From Hamiltosporidium tvaerminnensis FI-OER-3-3 (taxonomy: Eukaryota > Fungi > Microsporidia): 64,000 nucleotides of DNA. The first letter of the stretch is position 1; every line of letters begins with the position of its first letter. Positions 25,831-38,329 of the stretch are shown here, in pieces. The stretch lies in the NCBI GenBank assembly GCA_022605425.2, contig JAKIMF020000005.1:496001-560000 (forward strand), read 5' to 3'. Below the pieces are notes generated by a model that was not told where the DNA came from, did not search any database, and saw only the letters and a program-made list of their open reading frames with translations. Both the position numbers and the translations under genes were made by a program.

Positions 25831-28200
25831 ATGAACATCGGCAAATTCTTTTCTATGCTCGCAATCTGGTGTATTGGTATTGTAGGAATAGTGGCATTAC
25901 TGGGAGTACCATTGAAGAGGAAAAGCAGTCTAGTATCTCATGATTCTGATATAGGTAGTATTGAAAGCAACCTTACAGATATAAAAAGTCTTTTGGTTAG
26001 ATTAGACTCATTAGAACAAGAGATAGCAGGCTTAAAAGCTATTATGAATGGTGAAGGAAGTAGAAATATGAGACATGAGATTGGTACAAAGATTGATTTA
26101 GATACGAAGTTTACAGACGATGAGAAGAAAGCTGAAGAAATTCACAAGAGATTAGATGATGAAAAAAAGGAAGAAGAAATAAGAAGAGATGAAGAACACT
26201 GGCGTAATGAGCACAATAAGAGTAATAATTCAGACAACGGAGTAAATTCTAAGGCTAATCTTACAAATACCGAGATTTTAGAGAATAATGAAGAAGGAAA
26301 AAGTAAATTGCCTCCGAATGAGAAAGGTGAAATGAATGAATATGATCCAAAACAGTTTGAGTTCTATAAAAATTATTATAGGAATTTTGGATATGATTTC
26401 CTGGGACCTGGAAAGCTTGTACCATTGAAAAATGAAAATTCCACAAATTCGATCTCTTTCACTGCGCACAGTACACAAAATGACACAAATATTCATGATG
26501 ATTCGAATCTTGCATTACTTGAAAATAAAAAGGAGCAGCGACAAGATGACAAAAATGCCGATAAAAGAGAAGAAAATTTGGTTCTATTGAGTTCTAAAAA
26601 AGACAAAGAGAATAATGGTTCAAATGAGCATGAAGCTGAAACAGCGAATATATCGATGACTAATGACAAAGATAAACCAAGTGGTGAATTTTTATCAGCA
26701 AGAAGAGATTTTCATGGGCATGAAGCCTTAAACGATAGTGATTTAGCACATATGCAGGAAATCGATAATCATGAACCAAGTTTGGCGAATCCGGGTATTT
26801 CCGATGGCATATCAGGAATTACAGTAAAGAATCCTGTTTCATCGTTGAAACTGCATGTTTTCAAATCGAATGAGAATGAAAAAGCTCTTCATAAGCTTTC
26901 TATAATGCAAGATTTTCCTTTTAATATCGGTGAAATGTTCACTAGTGCTATGAAGAACATGATAAATCATAGAAAAGAAGTAGAAAATGGAATGAATAAT
27001 AATGAAAAACCTAAGATACCTGTCACACAACCCAATAAACCCTTTTTACCCGACAAAATCAAAAATGTTCTGAAAACAAAAGATCTAGATGAAAAAAATG
27101 AAAATCTTTCGCTACAGATGATTCCAACGAAAAATGAATTTGACAAAAAAGATGAACCAATGTTGAACTATCAATCCTTTGAATCTCCACCTTCCTTGTC
27201 TAAAACAGAAGAATTCCCTAGCTTAAAAAAAGAAAACAAAGATGGTTTAGCTGAATCTAAAATTGCACTTAAAGATGATCTGAACTTCAAAATAGCTGAA
27301 GTATCTCCCAACAGCCTGGCATCGCTGCAGCCTGGTATTAAAAGTGAAGCTTTATCAAACACACAATCTCCAGACCAGACTTTGAAAGTAAAAAGCACAA
27401 ATGAGCCATCCTCTGTTGAAGTTTCAAATGAAAAAAACACTGTGCAAGATTTAGAATTGGGAAATCAAGTCGCAAAATCTTTTGATCATGTCAACAATTT
27501 TTCTATCATACAATCCAAAAACAGTACAAATGGCGAAAAGGGTGCCTTAATTATCTTAAAAGAAAGTGACCATAAGAGTTCAAACCTAAATCTCCCCAAA
27601 GCAGACACAATCACGGAAAATGAACATAAAAGCACCAACGAAACAAAAGTTTTACCAACATTACCTAAAAATGAAATTCCACAAATCGAAAAAACAGCCA
27701 CAAACATTGACCTCCAAAAAGAATTCCAAATAAATGAATTACCAGAACCAGTCTCCTTACTTTCCAGCGACAAAAAAGAAGAAGAAAGGCCACCAAAACT
27801 CCAAATAATGACCAACGATAATACACCTTCATTGCCCAAGGAATTTATTCAAAAAGCTAATGAAGCAGAACAAAAAATATTTACCACTTCTTCCACCGGT
27901 ATTTCCAACAAAACCAATTCTGATATTAAAACAACCTCATTTTCACCCCCAAATCACCTCGAAATTCTTAAAAATGTTTTATCAGATATTTCCAGACCAA
28001 ATGTTTCAGAAATCCAACCTTTAGCTGACAGTTCAGATTCTAGTGACAACCAAGATGATTTCATTCCTCCTAAAATCATACCTGTCATTAAACCACACTC
28101 AAATCCCAAAAAGAATTCTTTACATCAATTGAACCATAAAAAATCAAAAGAGGGTACCAAAAGTGAAAAAAAGTCCAAATTTTCTTCTTCTAATCTTTGA
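25831..28200 (+). CDS. Orphan 789-aa protein: N-terminal membrane anchor/signal, coiled coil, long low-complexity N/K/E/S/P-rich region
   Basis: 2.37-kb intact ORF with a hydrophobic stretch at aa ~6-28 and heptad-like IESNLTDIKSLLVRLDSLEQEIAGLK. AATAAA just after the stop. Confidence 0.85.
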   Translation: MNIGKFFSMLAIWCIGIVGIVALLGVPLKRKSSLVSHDSDIGSIESNLTDIKSLLVRLDSLEQEIAGLKAIMNGEGSRNMRHEIGTKIDLDTKFTDDEKKAEEIHKRLDDEKKEEEIRRDEEHWRNEHNKSNNSDNGVNSKANLTNTEILENNEEGKSKLPPNEKGEMNEYDPKQFEFYKNYYRNFGYDFLGPGKLVPLKNENSTNSISFTAHSTQNDTNIHDDSNLALLENKKEQRQDDKNADKREENLVLLSSKKDKENNGSNEHEAETANISMTNDKDKPSGEFLSARRDFHGHEALNDSDLAHMQEIDNHEPSLANPGISDGISGITVKNPVSSLKLHVFKSNENEKALHKLSIMQDFPFNIGEMFTSAMKNMINHRKEVENGMNNNEKPKIPVTQPNKPFLPDKIKNVLKTKDLDEKNENLSLQMIPTKNEFDKKDEPMLNYQSFESPPSLSKTEEFPSLKKENKDGLAESKIALKDDLNFKIAEVSPNSLASLQPGIKSEALSNTQSPDQTLKVKSTNEPSSVEVSNEKNTVQDLELGNQVAKSFDHVNNFSIIQSKNSTNGEKGALIILKESDHKSSNLNLPKADTITENEHKSTNETKVLPTLPKNEIPQIEKTATNIDLQKEFQINELPEPVSLLSSDKKEEERPPKLQIMTNDNTPSLPKEFIQKANEAEQKIFTTSSTGISNKTNSDIKTTSFSPPNHLEILKNVLSDISRPNVSEIQPLADSSDSSDNQDDFIPPKIIPVIKPHSNPKKNSLHQLNHKKSKEGTKSEKKSKFSSSNL

Positions 28201-28704
28201 ATAGTGAATCTCAATCAATAAAAGTACGAATATAATTGTCTTTTTTTATTTTATTGCTAAAATTCATTACAATAATATTCTTAAATTAAATATAATAGGC
28301 TCTTAATTATAGTTAAGGAATATGATCAATTTATTGGTGAAATATTGCTTGCTTCTCTGTATTTTTACTCTTTTTATTTTAAAATATTAAACATAAAATA
28401 TAAAAAAATCAACTTAAAAAATTGTGTTAAATCTTTTATATTTTACACATTTCTGTATGCTTTATTTTGCTTCCTATTATTTGCTTCATTCCCATTTAAT
28501 TTTTCTTCCTAATATTTTTAAATTTTTTCTTTAATTTTCCGCCTTCCTTAAGGATCCACAATATTTTCATAAATATTATTTTTCATACTCTGTGATCTTT
28601 TTATTAAATTTTTTTGTCAACTTTTTTTCTAAAGCAATATTCTTTTCAAAATCGTGTTTCACATTTTTTTTAAAAAAAATTCTTTCCTTAGCGATTTTAA
28701 AAAA

Positions 28705-29706
28705 ATGACTTCAGAAACAAAAAAAGAAACCAAAATAACAAAAGAAGGCAAATTGACAACTTTTACCGTACATTCACGCCCTATAACAGATCTTGCATTC
28801 AATGAGGATGGTGATTTATTATTTAGTACATCTTTAGATGGATTATTATGTGCATGGAGAACAAACGGTATATTTCTAGGATCATATGATGGACACGAAG
28901 GAACTATATGGTGCCTTTCTGTTGATCCTTTTTCTACACATCTAATGTCTGGTGGTGCAGACAATGCTGCTATTTTATGGGAATTGGAAACGGGAAAGCA
29001 AATCTCTAAAATCACCACCAATTCAATGGTGAGAGGACTAAATTTTTTTAGAGATGGACAAAAATGCTTAATAACCACAGATACCAGCTATTCTCAAAGA
29101 TCTCTAATTGGTATATTCGATATACGAAGCAATGCACTTTCCTTTAAAATAAATCCAGATGTTTCAGTTACGAAAGGAATCGTTGATTTTAGTGAAAATT
29201 TAGTTGCCTTCTCCGATTCAACCGGTGAAATAAGTCTTTTGGACATTAGAAATGAAAAAATAATAAAAAGTGTGAAGGTTCACACATCACGTATAAACAA
29301 TTTACGTTTAAGTTTTTGTAGAACATTTTTTTCTACCGCCTCTTCAGATGCGCAAGCAAAAATTGTAGATTTTGAAAATATTTCAGTTATGAAAACTTTT
29401 ACAGCAGAAGAACCATTAAATTCATCTGTAATTTTTAGAACTAACGATAAATTAATAGCAGCCGGTGGTATAGCAGCAAGAGATGTGACACAAACCAAAG
29501 GAAAAGATAGTTTTGATGTTAATTTCTATGATATTCCAACTGCAAAAATGGTCGGTACGTATTCTTTACATTTTGGTACAATAAATTGTGTAGATGTTCA
29601 TCCATCTAATAATTATTTCTGTTCTGGTGGAGAAGATGGAATTATTTCTTTTTTGGAATTTGGTAGTGAATTTTCAAAAGCAGCATTTTCTAAATTAGAA
29701 ATATAA
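28705..29706 (+). CDS. TIF34: Translation initiation factor eIF3 subunit i (WD40)
   Basis: HSRPITDLAFNEDGDLLFS, GHEGTIW, GGIAARDVT and HFGTINCVDVHP..SGGEDG match eIF3i motifs. First ATG at 28705 (the track starts at GTG 28654). Confidence 0.92.
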   Translation: MTSETKKETKITKEGKLTTFTVHSRPITDLAFNEDGDLLFSTSLDGLLCAWRTNGIFLGSYDGHEGTIWCLSVDPFSTHLMSGGADNAAILWELETGKQISKITTNSMVRGLNFFRDGQKCLITTDTSYSQRSLIGIFDIRSNALSFKINPDVSVTKGIVDFSENLVAFSDSTGEISLLDIRNEKIIKSVKVHTSRINNLRLSFCRTFFSTASSDAQAKIVDFENISVMKTFTAEEPLNSSVIFRTNDKLIAAGGIAARDVTQTKGKDSFDVNFYDIPTAKMVGTYSLHFGTINCVDVHPSNNYFCSGGEDGIISFLEFGSEFSKAAFSKLEI

Positions 29707-30371
29707 AAATTAAAAGACTTTGATTTATTTAATTGTATTACTGCTTAAATTTTCATTTTTCTTTCAAAATATATTGCTTTTGAATTAGAATTGTTCATTT
29801 TACGTTTAAATTTTAGGAATATTTTATTTTTTTCAATTAGAAATTTAAAAATCTTTAAAAAAAATATTTTCCTAATTTAGATTAATCGGTTTAATAAAAA
29901 TCTAAAATATTACATTAAGTTATCTACTTTTTTTATAATGGATTTTTTTTCATGATTAAAGAATAAGATTTAATTAAAATATGTTTTAATTCTTACATAT
30001 TATTTTTTTCGATAATTTTGAGTATACGCTATCCAAATATTATAAAATTCTCTGCAAAACATTTTAAATATTCAGTGCGGTATCGAAATTAAACATATTT
30101 TGTTTTAAAATTCTCATTATACCAAAAAAATAGAATGGAAACTGATTTAGAAATTCGTTTTCCGAAATAGGGAATGAAAGGTATATTTCGGGTTACTATT
30201 ATATTATAGCGATATTTTTGTGTTAGTATTCGGAATTTTATTTCCTATTCAGTATCTTAATATATTTATTATTTTAATAAATATTTTTATGTTCTTCTGC
30301 TATTCTTTATCTGTTATCTAAAATATTTTGAGATCTTTTTATATTTATATTGGAATTGTGCGCCCCATCCA

Positions 30372-31979
30372 ATGAAGAAATTAATTACTTCTGCTCTTCC
30401 ATATGTTAATAACCTACCGCATTTAGGAAATATAGTAGGGTGTGTTTTGAGTGCTGATGTGTATACAAGATTTTGTAAAAAAAGAGGACAAAAAGCGATT
30501 CATATTTGTGGTACTGATGAATATGGTACAGCTACAGAAATGACAGCAATCGAACAAAATTTACATCCGAAAGAAATAGTCGATAAAAATTCTGTAATTC
30601 ATAAAAATATTTATGATTGGTTTGAAATTCATTTTGATCATTTTGGACGAACAACCGATGATGATCATGTAATTTTTACGCAAAAAATATTCAAAGAAAT
30701 TTATCGTGAAAATTATTTCGAAGAAAAAACTAGTGAACAGTATTTTTGTCTGAAATGTGAACTTTTTTTAGCTGACAGATATTTACTAGGAACTTGTCCA
30801 TCTTGCTCTTCTGAACGTGCTAGAGGTGACCAATGTGATGATTGTGGTTATCTTGTGAAAGCTTTGGAATTAAAATTACCAAAATGCTCAATTTGTAAGG
30901 AGGAACCGGTAATTCGTAAGACTAAGCATTTATATTTGCGATTAGATCTCTTAAAACCTCAAATAAAAAAAATTATTGAAGAAAAAAGTGAAAGTTGGTC
31001 TGACAATGCCAAGGCTATTGCTAATCATTGGATTAACCTTGATCTACATTCTAGAAGTATGACCAGAGATTTGAAGTATAGATGGGGAGTTGGTGTTCCA
31101 GTTGAAGGATTCGAAGATAAAGTTTTATATGTCTGGTTTGATGCACCTATAGGATATTTAACCTTTACAAAACAGTGTCTTAAGGAAGAATATGACTCAT
31201 TTGTGGATGATTGTGTTTGGTACCAATTCATGGGAAAAGATAATGTTCCGTTTCATTCTATAATTTTTCCTGGAATGCTTCTTGCAACCAAAAATAAATA
31301 TCCTATTGTTAGTACAATTAACAGTACAGAGTATTTGATGTATGAAAACGATAAATTTTCTAAAAGTAGAAATGTTGGTATTTTTGGATCAGATCTTTTA
31401 AATGATACGAAAGGACCTGCAAGTATTTGGAGATTTTACTTGATAAAGTGTAGACCAGAAAATAAAGACACGAATTTTTCAGTTGAAGATTTTATTCAAA
31501 CCGTAAAAAGTGATTTGATAAATAATTTTGGTAATTTTTGTAATCGATCTCTAAAATTCTTTGAAGAAAAAATGAAAAGAAATCTTGAATTTAATTTAAA
31601 TGAGGAAGATAAACTTTTTATTTCTCAAATTAATGATTCTTATTCACAATATTTATCTGCAATGGAACGTATTGAATTAAAAAATGGACTAAAAATATTT
31701 ATGGAAATTTCAAATGCCGGAAATAAATATTTACAAGATAATATAAATGATAAGGAAAGAAGAAAAACTGTTTTCAGTGTCGGTGTCTCTCTTGTTGTTC
31801 TTTTAGGGCATATATGTGAACCTTTCATGCCTTCTATTACAAAAAAGATATTTAAAATGATTGAAGTTGAAAATACGGAGATATTTCCTGAAAAATTCGA
31901 AGTAATTAGTAAGTGTACACTAGGGGGAACTAAAATCATTCCTCTTTTTGAACCGGTCGATGGAAGTCTAATTAAATAA
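30372..31979 (+). CDS. MES1: Methionyl-tRNA synthetase
   Basis: ITSALPYVNNLPHLGN (HIGH), CGTDEYGT, zinc-knuckle ARGDQCD, YVWFDA, GKDNVPFH and KFSKS (KMSKS). CCCC motif just upstream of the ATG. Confidence 0.97.
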   Translation: MKKLITSALPYVNNLPHLGNIVGCVLSADVYTRFCKKRGQKAIHICGTDEYGTATEMTAIEQNLHPKEIVDKNSVIHKNIYDWFEIHFDHFGRTTDDDHVIFTQKIFKEIYRENYFEEKTSEQYFCLKCELFLADRYLLGTCPSCSSERARGDQCDDCGYLVKALELKLPKCSICKEEPVIRKTKHLYLRLDLLKPQIKKIIEEKSESWSDNAKAIANHWINLDLHSRSMTRDLKYRWGVGVPVEGFEDKVLYVWFDAPIGYLTFTKQCLKEEYDSFVDDCVWYQFMGKDNVPFHSIIFPGMLLATKNKYPIVSTINSTEYLMYENDKFSKSRNVGIFGSDLLNDTKGPASIWRFYLIKCRPENKDTNFSVEDFIQTVKSDLINNFGNFCNRSLKFFEEKMKRNLEFNLNEEDKLFISQINDSYSQYLSAMERIELKNGLKIFMEISNAGNKYLQDNINDKERRKTVFSVGVSLVVLLGHICEPFMPSITKKIFKMIEVENTEIFPEKFEVISKCTLGGTKIIPLFEPVDGSLIK

Positions 31980-33249
31980 GTTTTAATGATTTAACTGTTT
32001 ATATTTAATCAATAATTGTAATTTTTATTTAATTTAAGGATTTCGATTAATCCTTTATCTTTTTTATTGCACTAAGGTTTATGTTTTTCTAGTAATCAAG
32101 CTCACTAATACCTTCTAAGTATATTTATAGAAGTGACTAGAAAGAATAGCGCAGTAAATAACTATAGTTTTTCTGCCCCAAATAATTTTTGTTACCTTTA
32201 CTTGACTATTAATACCATTTTTTTTATTTTGGCTTCATTATAAATTGATGTGCAATATTCTTCAACTTAGATGATATCTATTTTTATTTATAATAAAAAG
32301 CTGTATTCCCCCCCGCGTTCTATCCGTAAATTTGAATTGCTTCAAGCTCATAATTCGGATTCTTTAGTGAATAGTTTATGAGCTTCTTGATCGAAATTTT
32401 TTGTCTTGATGATATTTTGAATTTAACTTCAATTGTATTTTAGTATGAGTATACCAGTGGGGTATGCAAATTTCATTACAAATCGGTGGTTATTATTGAA
32501 TGAAATCTCAATATCCAAAAAAGGCATAAAAAATACGAAGCAGCATTGATCTATGATGCGGGATACCTTCAAATTTTTACTGCTTATATATCTAATACAC
32601 TTCATAATATTTTATTTTTCTAAGAAATTTTCAGGAATAAATCATTCCAAGACCCAATCTACAAATAATATTTTCGTTCTCTTACGTACTGTTGTCGCAG
32701 TTTTTAAATTTTTGTGTTTTATAAGTTAAAACGAATATTGCCGCGTAGCTTCTGTATTCGTGAGCACCATAATGCTTTTTAATCTGCTGGAACAAATATA
32801 TTTATCCTTTATGTTGGATCCCATGCATTATATTAGCTATTGACATATGTATACTTTTTTTAGCCAAAACTCATTCTATGAAATTTCACAACATATATAC
32901 TTCAATTGATTTTTGATTTCCAATAATTTTAAGCCATAAAAAATAAGTTTAAGACGAATTATGCCTCACTTATTACAAATAGTAAATTTTTATTAGTAAT
33001 TTAAAACTAATTGGAAATACTCCCATCACATCTTTAGATAACTTATATGAATAAATTTGGTCAAGAAAATTCGAACTTAAAATATTTAACTAACTAAATT
33101 TAAAAAAACGAAGAAATGAAATATTTTTTGATATAATTGGATGAGCGAATAAAATTTAGGTTTTTGGAAAAAAAACGCTTTAGGCTTATTTAAATATTTT
33201 ATATATTCCTATTGTAAATTCATAATTACATCTATATATTAGCGTTATC

Positions 33250-33485
33250 ATTCCCATCATTCCGGGCAGAATTGGCTTGGAGTATTCTCTGCTTGTCGTA
33301 AGAGGCGACTTAAAGGGGACTGATCTTCCATGTTGAGGTTAGGCGTAGTCTAACGAACCACCTTTTAAACTACTTGTTACAAAACCCAATAAGTAATCAA
33401 ACCCACTGGAAGAATACCGGTAGGTGGTATTACTAAGGGAGGCCAAGACTCGCACAGGGCTGTAGTGCCAAGGATGAATGAATAG
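33250..33485 (+). mobile_element. 236-bp non-autonomous RTE-derived short retroelement with 10-bp TSD
   Basis: GC-rich island flanked by TAGCGTTATC (33240-33249 and 33486-33495). 5' motifs CTGCTTGTCGTAAGAGGCGACT and GGTTAGGCGTAGTCTAAC, and 3' GAGGCCAAG..GGGCTGTAGTGCCA plus (GAAT)n tail, resemble RTE-clade ends as I recall them. Confidence 0.75.
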
Positions 33486-35499
33486 TAGCGTTATCGGATT
33501 TTTTTGTAAATGGAATTATTTTAAAGGCAATAATTAAACCTATTCATTAAATTTAATATCGGATTATGGTATTATATACATTTTAAAATATTTAACTCAA
33601 ATGTTATCCGTGGTGTTGCGTTATTATCATTTTCAATTGTTTTCTTACCACCGAAATAATTTTCTATTATCACACTATTCAAATAATATGTTTGTTATGA
33701 TCATTAAGATCTTCTATAAATAAAAAATAAATGGTGTTGCTAATTTAGTACCTCAGCATTTTTTTACAAAAAAATCATAGCACTTTAGATGATATGAAAA
33801 CAAAATATAAGAATAGGCCAACATTGAATTTACTTACATGGCTAAAAGTGGCTTCTATCTTCATTGATTTTTTATAGAAAAACTATAACATTTTTAGTAA
33901 AAGAAATATATATAACCTATATAGAATAAAACTTTGGCATTGGAATATGGCATCAATTTAATCTAATTAAGTTCCAGTAGTCTGTGTTAATTATGTATAT
34001 TCTATTTTTGTAGAAAAATACTAGTTTGAATAGCTTTTATTTATTTGTAAATTACTCAAATAACAATGAAATAGTCTTAAATTCGAAATAGAGTAAAATA
34101 ACATGAAACTTATAACTAAATATTGATTAGACGAACAAATACTTTTTATAATTATATATTCTCGCTTCTTAGTTCTTTATAATATTTTTTTGTACAATAC
34201 GTTCTTACTTGATTTGTTTGCCTTTCTTTCCATGAGGTAAATAAATTTATATTATTTTTGTCGTATTCTATTTTGCCTTTCTCATGTAAAAGCATAAGAA
34301 AAGATCTAAGAAGGGTCACCAGCTCAAACTCATAGTTCTTTTTACTTGAAATTCGGCATTGTTTTTTTCCTACCGTTTTTAGTAGACTCTCATATTCTCT
34401 AAGCTCATTTTTGATAGAATTCTTAATAAAATTTTGAATTTTTTATTCTCGCCACTCACACCTTTACATAACCTTCTTCGTTTATAATACTCTCTTGTTA
34501 AAATTATAAACATGGTAAAATCATATAATTAAAAAGCCAAAACAATAAATATCGGTTATCCTTTTATTTGAATTATATTTTAGACACCCGGGTCTTATTC
34601 CCTTTATCTTTTTATGATTTTGATATCTTTTGGAAAAAATATACCAAAGGTCTTGTGTATCAAGTAACGATTTCAACAAAACTAATGAAGAAATACAAAG
34701 CAAATATATAATGCACAAATGAGTTTGAAGCAATTTCTTAGTTTTATAATTGTCGGTCCTCTTTATATTTTCTGGATTTGTTTTCTGTTATTCTTTAAAA
34801 TATTTTGCGTAAACTAATTCATTTCGTTTTTAACCTTTCTTACTAATTATCTTATTTCGAAACACCTCACTTAATTCCGTCTAGATTATTTTAATTTACC
34901 CCATACAGATGGAAAGCACCCAGGAATTTTATTCATCAATATTAAGATTAGGTAAAATGTCTTTATGCCTTTTTTTGGCAGGAAAAAGTATTTTAGGAAA
35001 TTCAGCAGGCTATTTAAACCAACATAATGAAAAACTTAAAATCAAAAAAATAAACTTATATAGAAACAATGTATTAAAATACCAAGAAGAAACCTCCAAA
35101 AGAATGCAGAAATTTAATAAAAACATATAAATACTGTATTAAAATATATAAAATTTAAGTAAATCTTCGTATTACAGTACCTTCAAAAATAATCGATATA
35201 ATTGTGTTTTGTAATGTGAGTGGCAATAATTATCTGCTTGCAGTCAATAACTGTATTTTACCCTTCCAATCAAATTACGGAAACTATTAATAAGAAATGG
35301 AAAGTTACATCTAAAGTAGTGTTGTAAACAAACAGACATAGGGCTTTTAAATAAAAGTACATAATACAAAGAAAATCTCGAAAAGATTAATTTTGACAAA
35401 ATATTTCTACCTTTTGTGATGATGCAAGGTTCGCCAGAAGAAGAGTTACAGATCATAAGAAATGCTCTAGACTACACCTGCAGTCCTGGTAGGATGACT

Positions 35500-36400
35500 G
35501 GCTTTATTCCTCTTAGGAATGTTGTAATCGGATCGTTCGCGGTCGGTGATACTTATGCCTTATATACTCTGTGAGTTGATCTTAAACTGATCGAAAATGA
35601 CCGATTGGAAATTGCCCATTTACTGGCACTCGATTTTCCTTCTATTGCGTTTAGATACGCATCGTTCTCCAGGTTCTTGATTTCGTAGGTATAGTCGGCC
35701 ATGGAATGATGAAAGACTTCATCCTTTAGACAAAAAAGAAGGCCTTCAGCAATCTGAAATAATAATCGAATCGGTTGAATTACAGCCTCAGTTATCCCCA
35801 AAAGTGTCTGCTTATCTCTAGATTCAACAACACGGAAAATTGTTGAATTCCTTCTCCATACCATCAAACATCTATAGAACATCTATCGAACATCAGCACA
35901 CTTACCTTTCTTGTAATCTCTTTCCGAACTTGCTTGAATCAATCTCGATCACTTTCTTTAACCTCCAATCATACTATTAGTCTCGTTTACAAACATATAC
36001 GCACACATTACAAAAAAGGTCATGCCAGTTACATACAAATTCACTTGATAACCCCAGATTATACATCACATCATTCTGATTTCTATCACACACACACTCG
36101 GTCATTACCAAGATTTTTACAATCGACAACCGACTCTCACTAAACCATGACTAACCTGACACTTCATTTCACATAGTAGCAGAAAACTTTTGGTGCGAAA
36201 TAACCATTCATACTCATCAGTAACACCATGCTGTTCACACAATTCCATAAAAAATGCCACTTGAGACACTCATACTCACTCACTTGCAAACCAAAATTTA
36301 TAGAATACCTCAAAATTACACTTATCTTAATATAGAACGATTTACTTTTCATACAACTGAAACAAACATCTCAGTTTACAAGTACCAGATTTATCCTTAA
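35500..36400 (-). pseudogene. Decayed Merlin/IS1595-like (ISXO2) transposase
   Basis: Minus strand gives EIDSSKFGKR (~35945-35915), VVESRDKQTLLGI..VIQP and E.KN.E..A..NAIEG, motifs of Merlin/IS1595 transposases. Frameshifted; no TIRs found. Confidence 0.7.
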
Positions 36401-37329
36401 GCAATTAAAACGGAAGCCTTGGCAATAAAAGAGGAAAATAAAGTGGCTTTAAGTCAGAACTCGCGGGATACTCGTGTGACCATTAGCCAACGCACAGAGA
36501 AGCAATGGTCAGCAGCAGTCTGTTAAGCGGAAATCGTAATGGTCAATTAAGGATTTAAATCAATTCTTTTGAGGTTCTTTTATAATAAAAGTCGTGCGGT
36601 GATGGACTGGGTAAGACGTTGGAAGACACGAAAGTGGGAAAAGATAGGTTCGGAATGAAGTTTTAGAGAGTGTGATATGCCGAACTATCTCGTTTTTTGG
36701 GGAGTATTGTAAAATGAAAGACAGCCATAATTTATTTATTGATCCATTTTAACTCATCCTCAAATGCGTTTCGTACTTTATTTTTTCGCATGTTTTTGAA
36801 TTTTGACATACTATTATGCTGAATATTTTTCACATTAAATGTATTATTTTCAGTGAAAGAGGCAAAGACTTTTCGTCGATTTCTAGGATTGTTTTCAAAA
36901 TTCCTTTTTATTATCAAAACATCACAAATATTATAAGCAAGATTACATGATTGGAATTGGGGCCTTGAATTTTTTTATTGTTTATAATTAGAGAAAAACC
37001 TATGAAAATCTTTAATATCGATATCATCACTATGGAAATCATCATCTTCATTGATGCTTATTTTAGAATATTTTGTCTAAATGGTTTCCAACGCCTCACT
37101 TGAATTACTCTCGTATTCCAATTTCAATCATCTATCCAATTCTAATAATTCTTCCATAAAATGAGGTCTATTATATTCTAAATGAATTTCATATGTTTGC
37201 TACTCTGCCAAAATAGATAAATTGATGCCTTTTTGTTCGAAAAATAAATTGAAAGTATTTGTTTGTGGCTCTGTATTTCGTAATATTATAAAAATATACA
37301 ACTTTTTCAATTGAAAAATTCATTTTTGG

Positions 37330-38100
37330 TTAAAATTCTATAGAATTATTTTGCTAAAAGACGTTTTATGATCTGGTCTACGCTTTAAACTGTGCTCTGT
37401 GCTTTTGGATTCTCGGGTCTGCCATACACTATCTGAATATTTGCATTTTAGCATAGTTTTTTTTAAAATTTTATTTTGGAATTCTGTTCTGTTGTCAGAT
37501 TTACTAACCAAGGGGACGCCCCAGTAAATCAAACATGACACTAAATGGTTCGAAATTGTTATTTCTGACTTGTCTTTATCTTACAACTTCATAGATATTT
37601 TCTAAAAGAATAAATTATATTTAAGATCCAACAATATCCTTTATTTTCGCCTGATTATCTTCTTAAATCAATATAATCTGTTACTTTACGATCAAGTTTT
37701 TTTGTTATGTAAATTATATTAACTCTTTTAGTTGTTTAAAGAGCAGTAAAATTGTTACATCTAACACATGCCTTCACATGATCTATGACACTAGAAGATG
37801 GCATAAAGTAATATTTTTTTATTTATAAGATCTATTAACCGTGTGATTCCATAGGGCCTATGCATATGTTCGGCCCCGATAATCATCATATTAACTGTAT
37901 TTTCAAAACCGAAAATTATTCTTTACATTGTTCTATCCGGCTTTTTATAAACAAATTTGTTCTTTTATGAGATATAAACGCTTACATTTGATTCTTAATG
38001 CGTGTTTCTGTGCTTTTGTATATTCATTTAGTTAGCTTCTAGCCTTTAAAAAATTATATATTGTTTGTTTTTTATTATCCTTTATAATAGACATTACCTT
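37330..38100 (-). pseudogene. Decayed retroviral-type (rve) integrase fragment
   Basis: WGVPLVSKSDNRTEFQNK resembles GxPxxxxSDNGxEF. Upstream H..H.G and HVKACVRC-like zinc-binding remnant at ~37750-37870. Multiple stops. Confidence 0.6.
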
Positions 38101-38329
38101 TGTTATAATGCGTTAGCTTTATGAGGCCAAGTTGTTATTTAAATATAGGGATTTTCGATCCATATAATGATCCTTGCAATCAATACCATAATTTTTCGAT
38201 CAATATCGTAATCCTTGCAATTAATATAATAAATATTTTTAACAAATAAAAATTTAAAAAAATAAAAGTATAAATAGTATAGGGGGTTTATTATTCAAGA
38301 ATCAATTGTCTGGCTTCAGCCTTCTACGA

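Noticed and set aside
32300-33000. Possible decayed coding or transposase sequence (similar patches at 23400-24300 and 39800-41900)
   Set aside because: No motif could be read with confidence.
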